Positions 1 to 12,719 of a DNA stretch of 64,000 nucleotides are shown here, piece after piece. The first letter of the stretch is position 1; each line of letters begins with the position of its first letter. The position numbers and the translations under genes were made by a program. The stretch covers positions 38,814,001 through 38,878,000 of the forward strand of contig NC_058368.1 in assembly GCF_018350175.1 (NCBI RefSeq). The letters are read 5' to 3'. The notes below the pieces were generated by a model. That model did no database searches. It was not told where the DNA came from and was given only the letters and a program-made list of their open reading frames with translations. Source of the stretch: Felis catus. Its lineage: Eukaryota.

Positions 1-76
1 TGATTATCTAAAGCAGTATGTGTGTCTTTTATGAACAGTGCTTTTCTTGAAATGTAGTTGATATAAATCAAACATA

Positions 77-545
77 TAGTAGTCCTCCCTTAACCACAGT
101 TTTGCTTTTTCTGTTTTCAAGTTACCTACCATCAACCATGGTTCAGAAGTAGATGATCCTTCTGACTTATTATCATAAAGTCAGTTGTAATCTAATGCTG
201 CATCACAGTGCCCACGTTATTTACCTCACTTCATCTCATCATGTAGGCATTTTATAAATTCACATTATCACAACAAAAAGGGTGAGTGCAGGACAGTAAG
301 ATATTTTGAGAGAAAGAGAGACACCAAATTCACATCACTTTTATTACAGTATATTGTTATAACTGTTCTATTTTATTATTCATTATTGTTCATCTCTACT
401 GTGCCTATTTTATCTGTTAACTTTATCATTGGTACATATGTATAGGGGAAAAAACCCATAATATATAGAGTTTAGTACTATTGCAGTTTTAGGCATACAC
501 TTGGGGTCTTGGAATGTATCCCCCAGGAATAAGGAGGGACTACAT
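77..545 (+). mobile_element. MER44-type (Tigger7-derived, TcMar-Tigger) non-autonomous DNA transposon
   Basis: Terminal inverted repeats tagtagtcctcccttaacc ... ggaataaggagggactac, TA on the left; internal motifs 'aagatattttgagaga', 'cacttttattacagtatattg' and 'ggggtcttggaatgtatccccc' match recalled MER44 consensus. Confidence 0.8.
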
Positions 546-605
546 TGTTCTTCAATTATTAAAATTTGATAAAATAAATCCTAGATAGTTGAGAATAGAA
601 AGTCA

Positions 606-798
606 GGGGCGACTGGGTGGCTCAGTTGGTTAAATGTCTGGCTCTTGATTTTGGCTTGGGTCATGATCTCACAGTTCATCGGGCTCTGTGCTGACAGTGC
701 AGAGCCTACTTGGGATTCTCTCTCTCCCTCTCTCTCTGCCCTTCCCCCTCTTGTGCTCTCACTCTTTCTCTCAAAATAAATAAATAAATTTTTAAAAA
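606..798 (+). mobile_element. CanSINE (SINEC), internally deleted (B-box region missing)
   Basis: ggggcgactgggtggctcag head, ggtcatgatctc, (CT)n, aaaataaataaa tail; degenerate TSD atagaaag(g)tca. Confidence 0.93.
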
Positions 799-3579
799 GT
801 ATAGAAAGGTCATATGTGGGACATGTAATACATTTTATTTAGCATCAATCTCAATATTGATTTATCTAATATTAATAAGGCATTTTATGTAGGTAGAGCG
901 TATTTTACAGATGTCTTTGCTACCAAATACATCTAATTCTTATAATATCACTTTAATTTATGTGTTTTATTTTTCTGAAGAAGTTAGGCAATCATTTGAA
1001 GTCCCTCAGCTTGGAAACATTGGATTATGGCTTTAGGAATGGTGATGCAGGGTCTGCAAACCTAAGGTAATGAGCTACAAAGAGACCAACAAAAGTTAAG
1101 TGAACAAAGAAGGTTTGAGACAAATGAGTCTGAGAGGGGTGATTTAAACACAGTAGGTTAAAAACTATGCCATTGTAGAATACCCTTGTTAAAATTAGAG
1201 TTGTTTGTCCTTTGAAATATACCTATGCTAGGCTAACGACGTCTTATTATTTTAAATAAGTCAGATGAGCAAATTAAAACAAAAATAATTTGTATGAAGT
1301 ACAAATACAAAGCTTAATCTCACAATTATTGTAAGCCCCTAACCTTTAGTGTCCCTTACACATCAAATAGTCTTGGTGTATAGATTCATATATGAGAAGC
1401 CATGCCTCTTTGTTTATTTTACTCACAGTTCAAATCTTCAATTTCATTTTGTACACAGTGGGCACAGATGGTTCCAAATTTGGTTGACTGCCTCTAAGTT
1501 ATTTTTATATGGATATAATTTTGTCAAAAATGTTATCTCATTAGATTGGAGAATAATTTATAAGTGAGTTTACAGACATGTGTTTGTGTGTGTATATGTG
1601 TGTGTTTCTGTATGTGTAACTATCTGGTATACTCATCTAAATAGAAATATTTCCACTCAAAAAATAATAATTTCATTGTATTTTTAAGTCTTTTGAGCAA
1701 ATTCACTTAATATTTTGTTGATATTTAAATGTTATATATTAATAATGGGAGGTATCAATAAAGATATCTTCAAAGTTTACTTAGAGCCATCACATAAACA
1801 GGAACCATCAAAGACATATGTATGCTCTGGAAGGAAGAGTGAATTCATGCCAGGAATTGCAAATTGAAATTGGAAGAGGCCCCTTTGGAGTCAGTTTCAG
1901 CATTTACTGAGACTAGGTAACTCACGTAGCTTCTTAGTACTACAGTTGTCTCCTTAAAAAAAATTAACAAGGTGAATTTTTAGGCTGAACAGTTTTGTAA
2001 TGTACCCTGTGGGTTTGAGCTGGTTTTTCTTCCTTCCAGCTTGAAAAATCATTTGACTGTATTACAAATACATAATGACTATCTCAGGATTTGTTAAAGT
2101 ACTTGTTAGTTTTGGTTTAAATATGAATTTTTCAAATGACAGTAAGTTTCGATAATATTAGTGTATGTATACTCCAAATCAGAATCATTTTGAAAATTTG
2201 TACAACATAAGAGAAACTCTGTTTTTATGTGGATACTAGAGATACATTGTGTCATTGCACTAATGAGAATTATTTCAGTTCCAAGAAAGTGCATCAGTGT
2301 ATCGTTTTCATATAAAATATTTAACATGTCTTTGTTCTAAAATACTTAGGAAGTCACCTGTTCTTTATAATGCAAATGACAAAATTACATTTAGTCCTAT
2401 AAGGATTCGCTTTTGAGCATAAAAAATTTTAATTTGATTTCATATTTCCATTGAAATTATTTTTTAACATGATGGGGAGCAATGGCATTGTTATGAAAGT
2501 CCAACTTTTACGGCATTCATCTTTAAGAAAAAAAATGATGCCCATAATTGTTGTTAATGTAATACATGTACTAACATTGTATTTTTGCTATCAGTTTCTA
2601 GGCCATAATAAAGATAAATAGGCAGCTGACACAGCTTTGAAGATACCATTCCAAATGTCTGGCTTGTAAAAAATTCATCATACTGTCTAATACTTACCAA
2701 TGAAAGTAATTCAAGGACAGCTCACTCTGTACCAGCACTTCATCATTTCAAAAAGCTTACAGCCAAAGGATAGTTTTTAATTGTTTATGTGATATATGAC
2801 TTGATCTTCTCCTTCACTCTGCACCTAGGAAGAACAGAGTAAATTAATAATAAGCTTAGGCGCACTGCAAAGGAAGCTGCTAGGGAATTCAAGTGATTTA
2901 TATCATGGGTGATGATTCTTGGACATTAGATAAGTAAATAAGGAATATAAATTTTCTTCTGTATCTTAAGTCAGAATCTCGAATGTAGGTTTCCCAAATT
3001 TCAGTTGAAACAATGGTCTTTGAACTATGAAGGTTAGGAAGAATACAATTGTGTGTTAACACTGATGGGAGAATAGCAGATGAAAATTGAATGACTTTCT
3101 TGACTATATTCCTTAGCTTTGTCACACATTTATATGGAGCAGCAGGTATTGAATTCCTACAAGGAAGCAATAATGAAAAGTAATGCAGACAGAAATAGCT
3201 TGCCTCCAGCTAGACTAATGGCAAGGTCAGATTACATCAATTAAATCAGTAGCTCTTCAAGATAAAATTCACTAACACACTCAGGGATTTTATTTTTCCC
3301 CAAATAAATGTCTGATTTTAGAAGTAGTAGAATTTCACTGTGCTTCCATATTGGTAACAAAATAAGGTGAACAACAGTAAAGAAAAACAAGGACAGTTTT
3401 ATATATATAATTTAATTTTTGTAAAATAGTATTTGTAGGAAATATAGAATAGACTAAGCTATTAAATATGCATCATTATATTTGTTGATATTATTATTTT
3501 TAATAATACTTGGGTTTCAGGAGCAGTAGGAAGGAAATGGTTCTAAAAACTTTGCTGTGAAAGTTTAATTAAGACTTTT

Positions 3580-4212
3580 TGGAACATCACAAGAAGCTGT
3601 GTACATTTAGTGTGTACAACTTCATGAGTTTGAAAATAAGTATAAACCTCTGTAACCTTTACCACAATCTATGCCATAAACATATCATATCCATCACCTC
3701 CCAAAGTTTCCTCCTGTGCTACTTATTTATTATAATTTTGTGTAACAACACAACATATGACCTACCCTCCTAAAAAATCTTAAGTATACAATGCAGCCTG
3801 TTAGCTATAAGCAATACACTGGGTAGTAGACCTGTAGGGCGTATTCATCTTGCATAACTGAAACCTTGTACTCTTTGCCTAATTCCTGTCTGTTTTTACT
3901 CTTCTCCCAACCCCTGGCTACTACTGTTCTACTCTGTGCTTCTACAAGTTTGACTATTTTAGACAACTCATATAAGTGATACCAGGTGGTACTCATCCTT
4001 CTGTGTCTGGTTCATTTCACTTAGAAAATGTCCTCCAGGTTCATCCATGTTGTCACAAACGGTGGGGTTTCCTTCTTTCTGTGACTAAGCAATATTCCAC
4101 TGTGTGTGGACACCACATTTTCTTTATCCATTCATCGATCAGTGGACATTTAGTTTGCTTCCATATCTTGGCTATTGTGAGTAATGCTGCAATGAACTTG
4201 GAAATGCAAATA
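3580..4212 (-). mobile_element. L1 3' end fragment (L1MA/MB-type: ORF2 C-terminus + 3' UTR)
   Basis: Minus ORF 4053-4292 contains FIAALLTIAKIWKQTKCPLIDEWIKKMW (L1 ORF2 C-terminus), followed by typical 3' UTR. Confidence 0.9.
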
Positions 4213-4285
4213 GATTTTACGTTTGCCTCCAAAACATGTGTTAACTTGAAGAGTATTGTAGCCCACTTCAAAAATGTATTTTTCT

Positions 4286-4516
4286 GGGGCACCTGTTTAG
4301 CTCAGTTGGTTAATTATCTGACTCTTGATTTCGGCTCAGGTCATGATCTCACAGTTCATGAGTTCGAGCCCCGTGTTGGGCTCTGCACTGACAGCAAGGA
4401 GCCTGCTTGGGATCCTTTCTCTCCTCTCTCTTTGTCTCTCCCCCTCTTGTGTGTGCATGCTCGCTCACGCTCTCTTTCTCTTTCTCTCTCAAAATAAAGG
4501 AATAAACTTTAAAAAA
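4286..4516 (+). mobile_element. CanSINE
   Basis: ggggcacctg head, gagttcgagccc B box, CT-rich body, A tail; degenerate TSD aaaatgtatttttct / aaagtatatttttct. Confidence 0.95.
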
Positions 4517-4734
4517 GTATATTTTTCTTTCTCAGTATTATTTTAAATAACATTAATCATTTGAGACATACCATACAAAGTTAAGGAATGGAGTATAGAT
4601 AAAAGTGGTAGGTCTATATGGAAAATGAGTTTTAGCATTAAAAAATATATTTTTGCTCAGATACTATTTTTCTTAAGTAATTACAAACAACATCATTTTT
4701 ATATGCAGGAAATAAAGTAAGAGCATTCTAGTAG

Positions 4735-4860
4735 CTATTTCCTATTAACAAGCCTTTACTGATTGCCTACCGTAAGCAAAACTTGATGGTAAGCAATCCA
4801 GAAGAAATGAAGATGAACTCTACAGGAGGCCTTCACATAGCTTGCAAAGTAGTGAACAAA
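4735..4860 (-). mobile_element. L2 3' end fragment
   Basis: 'aacaagcctttactgattgcctac...cttcacatagcttgcaaagtagtg' resembles the reverse complement of the L2 3' tail. Confidence 0.45.
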
Positions 4861-5329
4861 AGAGGAAAGCACACAAATAACTATTGTATAAGAAAATGCA
4901 GAGGTTTGAAGGTGAAAGGATTTTCAAAAATGATGATTTTCAATCAAATCATATGTGACAGATGTGTCCAATTAAATGACAATTTCTATGCATTTGGAGC
5001 CTAGAATCTGATGTTTCTGTATTGTCATACTGGAATGTGGAAAGATAACCGATGAACTCTTTAAAAAGCACCACTAGAAAAATAGTTACTCAAAATTATA
5101 GATAGTAAAAAAAATTACTTTATCTGTATAAAATGAAAGGGAGGTTATAGAGATATTTGAATCTGGCAGATATCTTTCTAAAACAGATTCTTGTTCTCTT
5201 TGCTTTTATTATTCCATTTAATTTCCAATTGTGTTTTCTTGTTCAAGACCCCTCCTCCCAATCTGTCATATACACTGCACTCAAAATAACTTCTCTTGAA
5301 TGCTAAAGGCTTTAGAAATTCTGTTCAGC

Positions 5330-5595
5330 TGTGGACCTTTGTGCCATTCTAAGGATTTTATTTCTGAGTGAGATTGGAAGCTACTGGATGGTTTAAGTGG
5401 TAATCATCCCCTGATTTAAGATTCAAGGACACATTCAAACTATGGAAATGTACCCGTGTCAGGGTGCAAATGTGTAAGTGAAGAATACTGGTAGGATGCT
5501 ATTTTAATAATCCAGTCAAGAGATCATTGTGTGTTAGACCAGATTGATAGCTGAGAACATCTAAGAAATGCTTGGATTTTTGATATATTTTTAAA
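5330..5595 (-). mobile_element. L2 fragment
   Basis: 'aaggatttttatttctgagtgagattggaagctactggatggtttaag...ggatgctattttaataatccagtcaagagatc' matches recalled antisense L2 pattern. Confidence 0.6.
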
Positions 5596-5779
5596 TATAT
5601 CTAGTTTTGGAACTGAGAAGTAAAATAATAGGATGTTATTAGTGTTTGTGACATAAATAGTTAATGGCCAACCCATCATCTAATTTACTATATTTTTTAA
5701 AAATAGAATCCTGGTTTTCCTGGGTGTGTCAACTAAGAAAATTCTCACTCAGGCTTGAAAATATGATGACCAGTGATTA

Positions 5780-6020
5780 CATTAGTAGTTCTTAGAGGAA
5801 TGTGAATTCAAATCGCTATGAGATACCACTATGCATCTATCAGAATAGCAACAATAGTTTAACAATGCTAAGTGCTGATGAGGATTCAGAGCAACTATCA
5901 TACACTGTTTAGAAAACAGTTTGGCACTTTCTTTAACATTAAACATATACTTAGTGCCTGACCCACTAATCCAACTCTTAGGTGCTTGCCCTAAGGGAAG
6001 TATAGCTTAACTTTCCATAA

Positions 6021-6052
<32 letters not shown>

Positions 6053-6505
6053 CAAGGTTTTGTTTTTAAGCAGCAAAAATTGGAAATAACCCAAATGTCC
6101 TTCAGATGGTGATTGAATAGAAAAAAGGAGGTATATTCATATAATGAAATCACAAGTAGCAACAAAAGTAACTGCCTGCTAATACAAGCATAGATGAGTC
6201 TCAGTGTAGTTGTTGAGTGAAAGAAGCCAATTTCAAAAGGTGGGGTACCATTTATATGGGAATCTCCCAAAAACAAAAGTGTGGGAAAGGACACCAGATC
6301 AGTGTTTGCCAGGGGCCAGGGGTGTGGTAATGGGTTGACTGCAGAAGGGCTCAAGGAGAAGATTTGCCGTGATAGATAAGTTTTATATCTTGATTATGGT
6401 GGCCATTCTATGACTGTATGCATTAGTGAAGATAAATAGAATTGTATTTTATAAAGGGCAAATGTTATGAAGTGTGAAATCTATCTCAAAAACATGACTT
6501 AAAAG
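5780..6505 (+). mobile_element. Old L1 (L1MC/ME-type) 3' fragment with embedded (TA)n
   Basis: 'atgagataccacta', 'gaaaacagtttggca', 'aacccaaatgtccttca' ORF2-end motifs followed by 3' UTR. Confidence 0.75.
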
Positions 6506-6552
6506 GGTGTAATTAAGGCTAGGGTTGAACTTATTCAACCCTATCTACGTAT

Positions 6553-6719
6553 GGGGCTCCTGGGTGACTCAGTCAGTTCAGCGTCCAACTTCAGCTTGGG
6601 TCATGATCTCACAGTTCATGATTCCAATCCCTGCATCAGGCTCTGTGCTGACAACTTGGAGCCTGGAGCCTGCTTCGGATTCTGTGTCTCCCTCTCTTTC
6701 TGCCCCTCCCCCACTCATT

Positions 6720-6759
<40 letters not shown>

Positions 6760-6770
6760 AAACATTAAAT
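6553..6770 (+). mobile_element. CanSINE (left member of tail-to-tail pair)
   Basis: ggggctcctgggtgactcag head, ggagcctggagcctgcttcggattc, (CT)n, aataaacatt. Confidence 0.95.
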
Positions 6771-6822
6771 TTTTTTAAAATTTATTTATTGAGAGAAAGA
6801 GAGTGTGCATGAGTGGGGGAGG

Positions 6823-6868
<46 letters not shown>

Positions 6869-6995
6869 CCCAAGCAGGCTCCACACTGTCAGCACAAAGG
6901 ACACAGGACTCCATCTTTCAAACCATGAGATCATGACCTGAGCCAAAATCAAAAGTTGGACACTTAACTGACTGAGCCACCCACCCAGGTGCTCC
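6771..6995 (-). mobile_element. CanSINE (right member of tail-to-tail pair)
   Basis: Reverse-complement SINE: tttatttattgagag...(GA)n aatcccaagcaggctcc...gagatcatgacctgagcc...cccaggtgctcc. Confidence 0.95.
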
Positions 6996-7463
6996 AGGAA
7001 TTTGTTGTAATTTTAGTGTAGGGGACCCTTATACCAGTGGATAGGAAAAGATAAGTAAATGCTGATGAGAATGGTATTGTATCATTGCCTACATGGCATG
7101 CAATTAAAGATCTTCATGTATTACTGAATGTAATCAGACTTCCACTAAAAAGTCTGTGAGTTAAAATTCCTAAAATTAGAGGCACTGTACTAAATACACC
7201 TTTCTAATTATGATGTTTAACATGTTATCAAAACCCATAGTTTTCATTATCAGTTACACAGGAAATCTCTTACAGTTTGGATAACTGTCTATTCCAGGGT
7301 ATGATTTATGAAGACATTCTGGCCTTTGCAGGAGTTCCTTATATATTAGAGAAATCTTACTAAAATACTGAAATTCACAAAAACATTTCTTTTTCAACTG
7401 GTCTGAAATAGCTGGTTGGGTATAATACCTACTAGTTTTTTACCTTCCATAGAATAAGTACTT

Positions 7464-7464
<1 letters not shown>

Positions 7465-7510
<46 letters not shown>
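7465..7510. repeat. (CA)n microsatellite, about 23 units
   Basis: Uninterrupted CA run seen directly. Confidence 0.98.
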
Positions 7511-7513
<3 letters not shown>

Positions 7514-8461
7514 CACCCCCCCGCACGCACACACACATACCCTTTCTTTTAATGGTGCTAAGGTTAAGAATATCGCAGATCTTCCTCTAGACTCTCAGTG
7601 TCTTCTGTAACTTACCTGTGTCTAATATTAAGGAAAACAGTGCCTCTCAAGTGTGGACTTAGGAAAAATACAAAACACAATTAGTTGGTCAGAGTTTAGA
7701 CTGTCTAAGTAGAATAAAGGACTTACAATCTATTTCTGGTCTTCCAGAGAACACACATTCCTAGTTATTCAGTATTTTTATCTTAAGGCACATGTCTGGT
7801 GTTCTTCTCTTAAGTAATGCTAGGTATCCAAAAACTCTTCTCATCCTCCCATCCAGTGGTCTTAAAGAACAGGGTACTTGCATTGGGCAGTTCCTTCTGA
7901 TATTTAATCACATGAGCATGAGATACACCTTAAAGACTGAATATTTATCATTTTCATTTGTTTTTGCCATCACTTGTCCAACAAAACAAGATATTAATCA
8001 TCCTGTCATTGAAACTGTTTGGAATTCTGTTGTATACTATTTTACTTTGTAAATTTTTACTTTTGATGTGTCATTTCTGTGATTTGGCGATTGTTGTTTA
8101 TATCTGTCATTAAAGTTGGCATTTCTTGATTTTCTACTTTTACAGAAATATTTGGAACTAACTTTGGCAGTTTGATCTCTTGACTCTAAAGTGCTTTCAA
8201 ATAGATCATTTTTAATAAATACTAATTGAGTAAATGAACTAATCTTTTCTTTAATGTTGTATATATTATAATTTCTTTAAATAAAAATTTATTAAAATTC
8301 ATCATCAATGTTCAAAACACACAATTAAATCAAACTATCTGGCAATCTTCTGACAACATTCAATTTTATCCCCTTTTTTCTTATTGTATACATTTTGAAA
8401 TTTTGTTTCATGTAAAGGTTTGTTGTTAAAGTCTGTGTTTTTGTCTCTAAAAGTAAAAATA

Positions 8462-8600
8462 GGGGCACCTAGATGGCTCAGTTTGTTAAGCACCTGACTC
8501 TTGATTTCAGCTCAGGTCTTTATCTCAGGGTCATGAGTTCAAGCCTTGCATTGGGCTTCTATACCAGGTGTGGAGCCTACTTAAAAAATAATAAAGTAAA
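8462..8600 (+). mobile_element. Short CanSINE without the (CT)n body
   Basis: ggggcacctagatggctcag head and gagttcaagcc box; runs from ggagcctactt straight into the A tail; TSD-like aaagtaaaa(a)ta. Confidence 0.85.
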
Positions 8601-11600
8601 ATAAAATGGAAGTATAAATAAGTGTTAGTCCCATGACAGCTCTACTTTCCATTATTTTCTGGGGCGTTAACAGTAACAACAGTAGAGGGTAACTCATCTT
8701 GCTCCTCCTCCTCCTTCTAAATATTTAAAAATTACTGATTCAATAGTAAAACTTCAGATTACTAATGAAGTAAAAATTGTAATGGGGGACATATTTTAGT
8801 ATTAATGTATCATTATTAATTGATATTCATAATTATTTTAGCTTATTTTTCTTTGTAAAAGAACCATATTAACATCTTCTGTGTGTAGAAGATAGAACAT
8901 TTCTGCCGCTTTGCTTTGTAAATATATTTCATAGTAACTACACTAGTTCATGATGTAGTCAGAAGTCACTCAGATATTTGGATGAATCTTAGATAATGCC
9001 TCTGGCTTAAATATTGCATTTGACCCTTATGTGCAGAGAAGAGTATATGTAGCAAATCGTTCATGTTACAAAGAGAGATCTATACAGGGCATTATTTTCT
9101 GTACTTACTGGGTTTGTTTATTTCTGGGAATTTGCAGCTGTAGACACAGAGGTAAATAAAGGAGAGGATAACAGGTATTAAACAGAGCCTTGCATGCAAG
9201 AGGAATATTTAATTTCAAATAAGTTGTATTCTTTAATAGGTTAATCAAGTTTAGCATTATAGAAAAAAGAATAATATTAAGGGATTTTTAACTGCTGTCT
9301 AAAGACAGAAGTAACTGAATCCATATGAATGCTCATGTTCTTTATGGACAATTGCTGGGCAGAGAGGCCTATACTCAGCTGATGCTTTGTTAACCAAGGA
9401 GTCTTATCTTTATTTTAACAAATGTCAGCATTTAATAAATTACAAGATAACAGGTGATTGTTTACTCTGTTGACATACCATCAGTAAATAATACTAATCC
9501 ATAGAATCAACTGGGATAACTTTAAGATATTAACTACTACAATAACAATATTAACCACTTTTAGTATTTAGATGCTTGAATAAAAAAAAAAGCCACAAAG
9601 TTTTCTGTTGGTATTGCTTATATTTTTAGAGCTTTAAGCTTATGGAAGCTGCTGAATGTAAAATATTTAACGTTTCCAAATAAAAAGAAATCTATTTAAA
9701 GAACTTTAGTTTTGTATTGAACATGCAGCTATCATTAATAATCATGCAAATGTGTTTTTAAGGATCAATGCGGCTTCCTTCAAGTCATCTTAATTTCATT
9801 GGAAACATCCTTAAAATTTGTATTTTACCTGAAGTTATTTTCACAACAGTTTTCTATTACATAATTCTATGTTGAGATTGTGTCATGCTGACAAGTAGTT
9901 AAAGAACAAATCACAAAATGTTTTTCTATATAAGTTATATGCTCTTGTGGCATATAATTTTGGTAAAAATTCAGTTGCAATTTTAAATTTAAAAAAACTT
10001 ACAAGATTGGTAAGTAGGAGGAAATTCAGGGTGAACAAAAAGATGAGTAATGATGAATTACCAGTAATAACAGGCAGAGATGATCTTCTAACAACATTCT
10101 CCCATCTCCAAAGTCATAATTTTTGTTTTATTGTGTTTGTTGCTCATCTTTCTATATCACGTTAAGTGTATATCATTTCTCTTTAGAAAATATTAAATGG
10201 TTTCAGAGTAGAATAAATTGCCAGCTTTCTTTCAGTTTTCATAATGTCCTTGACCATAGCAGGAAGTCATTGATGCCACAAGGTGCATCTGAAGCCATAC
10301 AGGAATCTGAAATGGAGTGCATATTGAATTTAATTAGAAATTACAGTCCCTGCTAATACATTCGCAAAATATAAAGATCCCCCCCCCCCCACCACCATCC
10401 ACATCCTCAAAGAATGTTTTCAGGTAACACTAAACTTGTTTCTCCATTTCTTAGAATAAAGTGATACTCATTTGGCTTTGAAAAACGAAAACACCCTAAA
10501 AACTATAGTCTCCATCTCACTGCCTCTGTACAACTCATGCTTCCAGAGAGCTCTGCAATGCTTTTTAATACAATCTTGCTGCTTTTGGTTTGGAAAAGAA
10601 GCATATTAGGGATGGCACAGTGTATACTCTCAGGCCTAGAAGCTCATAGTGTGGGAACATTTTCCATCTCTAATGTATAACACATGCTTTTTAAATATGA
10701 ATTAAAATAGTATCTGTGGGGTGGGGTAATTTTGTTTTTTAACACTGGATGCTAACCTTGGAATTTAGTCTACTTGAATATTGCTTTATTTTTATCTTCA
10801 GAGCTGCATATTTTACTTTTTAATTTGTATTAAATTCATTTGAATTCACCAAATAGTTCCATGATACTGGAATTGTATGCAAGGAGTGCTAGCAACTTAT
10901 AATCTAAATAAGCAGGTTAAGCGGGTTAATTGGGTTTTCACTTTCCCAATTACATTCCTGCTTATTTTAATGAATATTGTTAAAGTATATTGATATTATA
11001 TTAGCATCTGCTATATAATTTCTTTCATTCATGTGCAATTTATAGTGTTTGCCCTTTACTTTGGAGAAGCCACTCTTTCAAGTAAAATTATATTTCACAA
11101 CTATGGATGCCTTTTTTTCCCTCCACTCCTCTTTTTTAATGTGTCTCAGATCTAATTAAATGTCTTAGAAGTTTGTGTCTACTGTTTGAACACAATTGAA
11201 TGTATACATGGGGCTACCCCAGTGATTTACTTGCCTGAATTTCCATAGTTTGCTTATCTGTTCTCTCTTACCGACCCTGAGGAAATTCAAGACTATAAGT
11301 ATACGACCAATAATGGATATCACCACTTAATGTCAGAAGCCTAAATCAAAAATTTTGATTCAGTAGGTCTTCCTATGGGCTTATTCTTTATTTTCTATGT
11401 CAAAATGATCTCATCTGTATAATTGATATTACTACTGTGTGGACTAGGTGAACTTTTCACAGAAGACCATTTAGTGGGTGTACAGTTGTTTATGTTTTTG
11501 AGAAATACTTTATTAAAGTACATATAATACATATCTAAGCAGCTTCTTTTCCTCTACTCATTATCTTCATCATATTTTTGTCACTCATTGGCCATCCAGC

Positions 11601-11758
11601 TTTCTTAGTTGATATTAGTGCTGCACAGTTAGTACTATTTATGATGTCTAAGGAAAGATAAGTCACACACACCCCAAACATATTGTAATGTTAGAATGCA
11701 GTATTAGAGTAACAAACTGCACCCAAACACAGTGCATTGTAATTAAGAAAATACCCTT

Positions 11759-11895
11759 GAGTGGCTGGGTGGTTCAGTCAATTGATTGTCCAACTCTTGA
11801 TTTCTGCTCAGGTCATGATCTCATGATCTCATGGTTTGTGAGATTGAGCCTCACATCGGGCTCTATGCTAACAGCACGGAGCCTGCTTGGGATAT

Positions 11896-11965
<70 letters not shown>

Positions 11966-12022
11966 CCTTCTCCTCCTCTCCTCTACTTTATTTCTCTCTC
12001 AAAATAAAGAAATAAACATTAA
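11759..12022 (+). mobile_element. CanSINE with expanded (CT)n microsatellite
   Basis: SINE body with duplicated 'catgatct'; TSD aaaataccctt at 11748-11758 and 12023-12033. Confidence 0.95.
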
Positions 12023-12039
12023 AAAATACCCTTACAACT

Positions 12040-12440
12040 AGACATCTGGGGTTCAAGCTTGACTCTTTTCCTAATAGCTCTGTGATTTCAGCCAATTTAC
12101 TTAACCTAATTGTGTCTTAATTTCCTCTTTTTAAGAACGGCATAGCAAGGCACACCTGGGTGGCTCAGTCGATTAAGCGTCTGACTGCAGTCAGGTCATG
12201 ATCTCAAGGTTCCTGTGTTCTAGCCCCACCTCAGACTCTCTGCTGTCAGCACAGAGCTGGCTTGGGACCCTCTGTCTCCCTCTCTGTCATTCCTCCACTT
12301 GCACTCTGTCTCTTAAAAATAAACATTTTAAAAATGGCATAGCAATACTACCTATTTGGGAGATATTATGAAGGTAGGATGAGTTGTTCTTATATATTAA
12401 GTGACTGGAAGAAAGTCTGTGCTAAATAAATGTTAGCTTC
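12040..12440 (+). mobile_element. MIR split by a CanSINE
   Basis: 'ctggggttcaagc...agctctgtgatttcagccaatttacttaacct' MIR core; resumes after the SINE as 'tactacctatttgggagatattatgaagg'. Confidence 0.65.
12149..12329 (+). mobile_element. CanSINE inserted in MIR
   Basis: SINE head and tail; TSD aagaacggcatagcaa / aaaaatggcatagcaa. Confidence 0.95.
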
Positions 12441-12719
12441 TATCAGCACTACAGAAAATTTGTCATGAAGGGATAGATTTTCTAATACTATACATTATCT
12501 AGATAATGTGTTTTGTGGAAGGCCATAAATCTCAGTTTGCATGAGAAAGTTCTGGTTCATCCCTGTGGCCCTCTTCTAATAATTCATTCATATGATAATA
12601 ATTCAGTGCTGCAGTTTACTCTCAGAAGTGTAAATTATAGTCATCCAACTTCCTCCACATAGAATTCACTAATTTTTTAGCTTCTTCCTGTACTTTACTA
12701 GAAAAGTACTACTTTCTGA

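Noticed and set aside
3976..4546. Recurrent ORFs with GSGHDLTV/AQVMISQF/LSLSLS motifs
   Set aside because: Translations of CanSINE sequence and (CT)n tracts, not a protein family.
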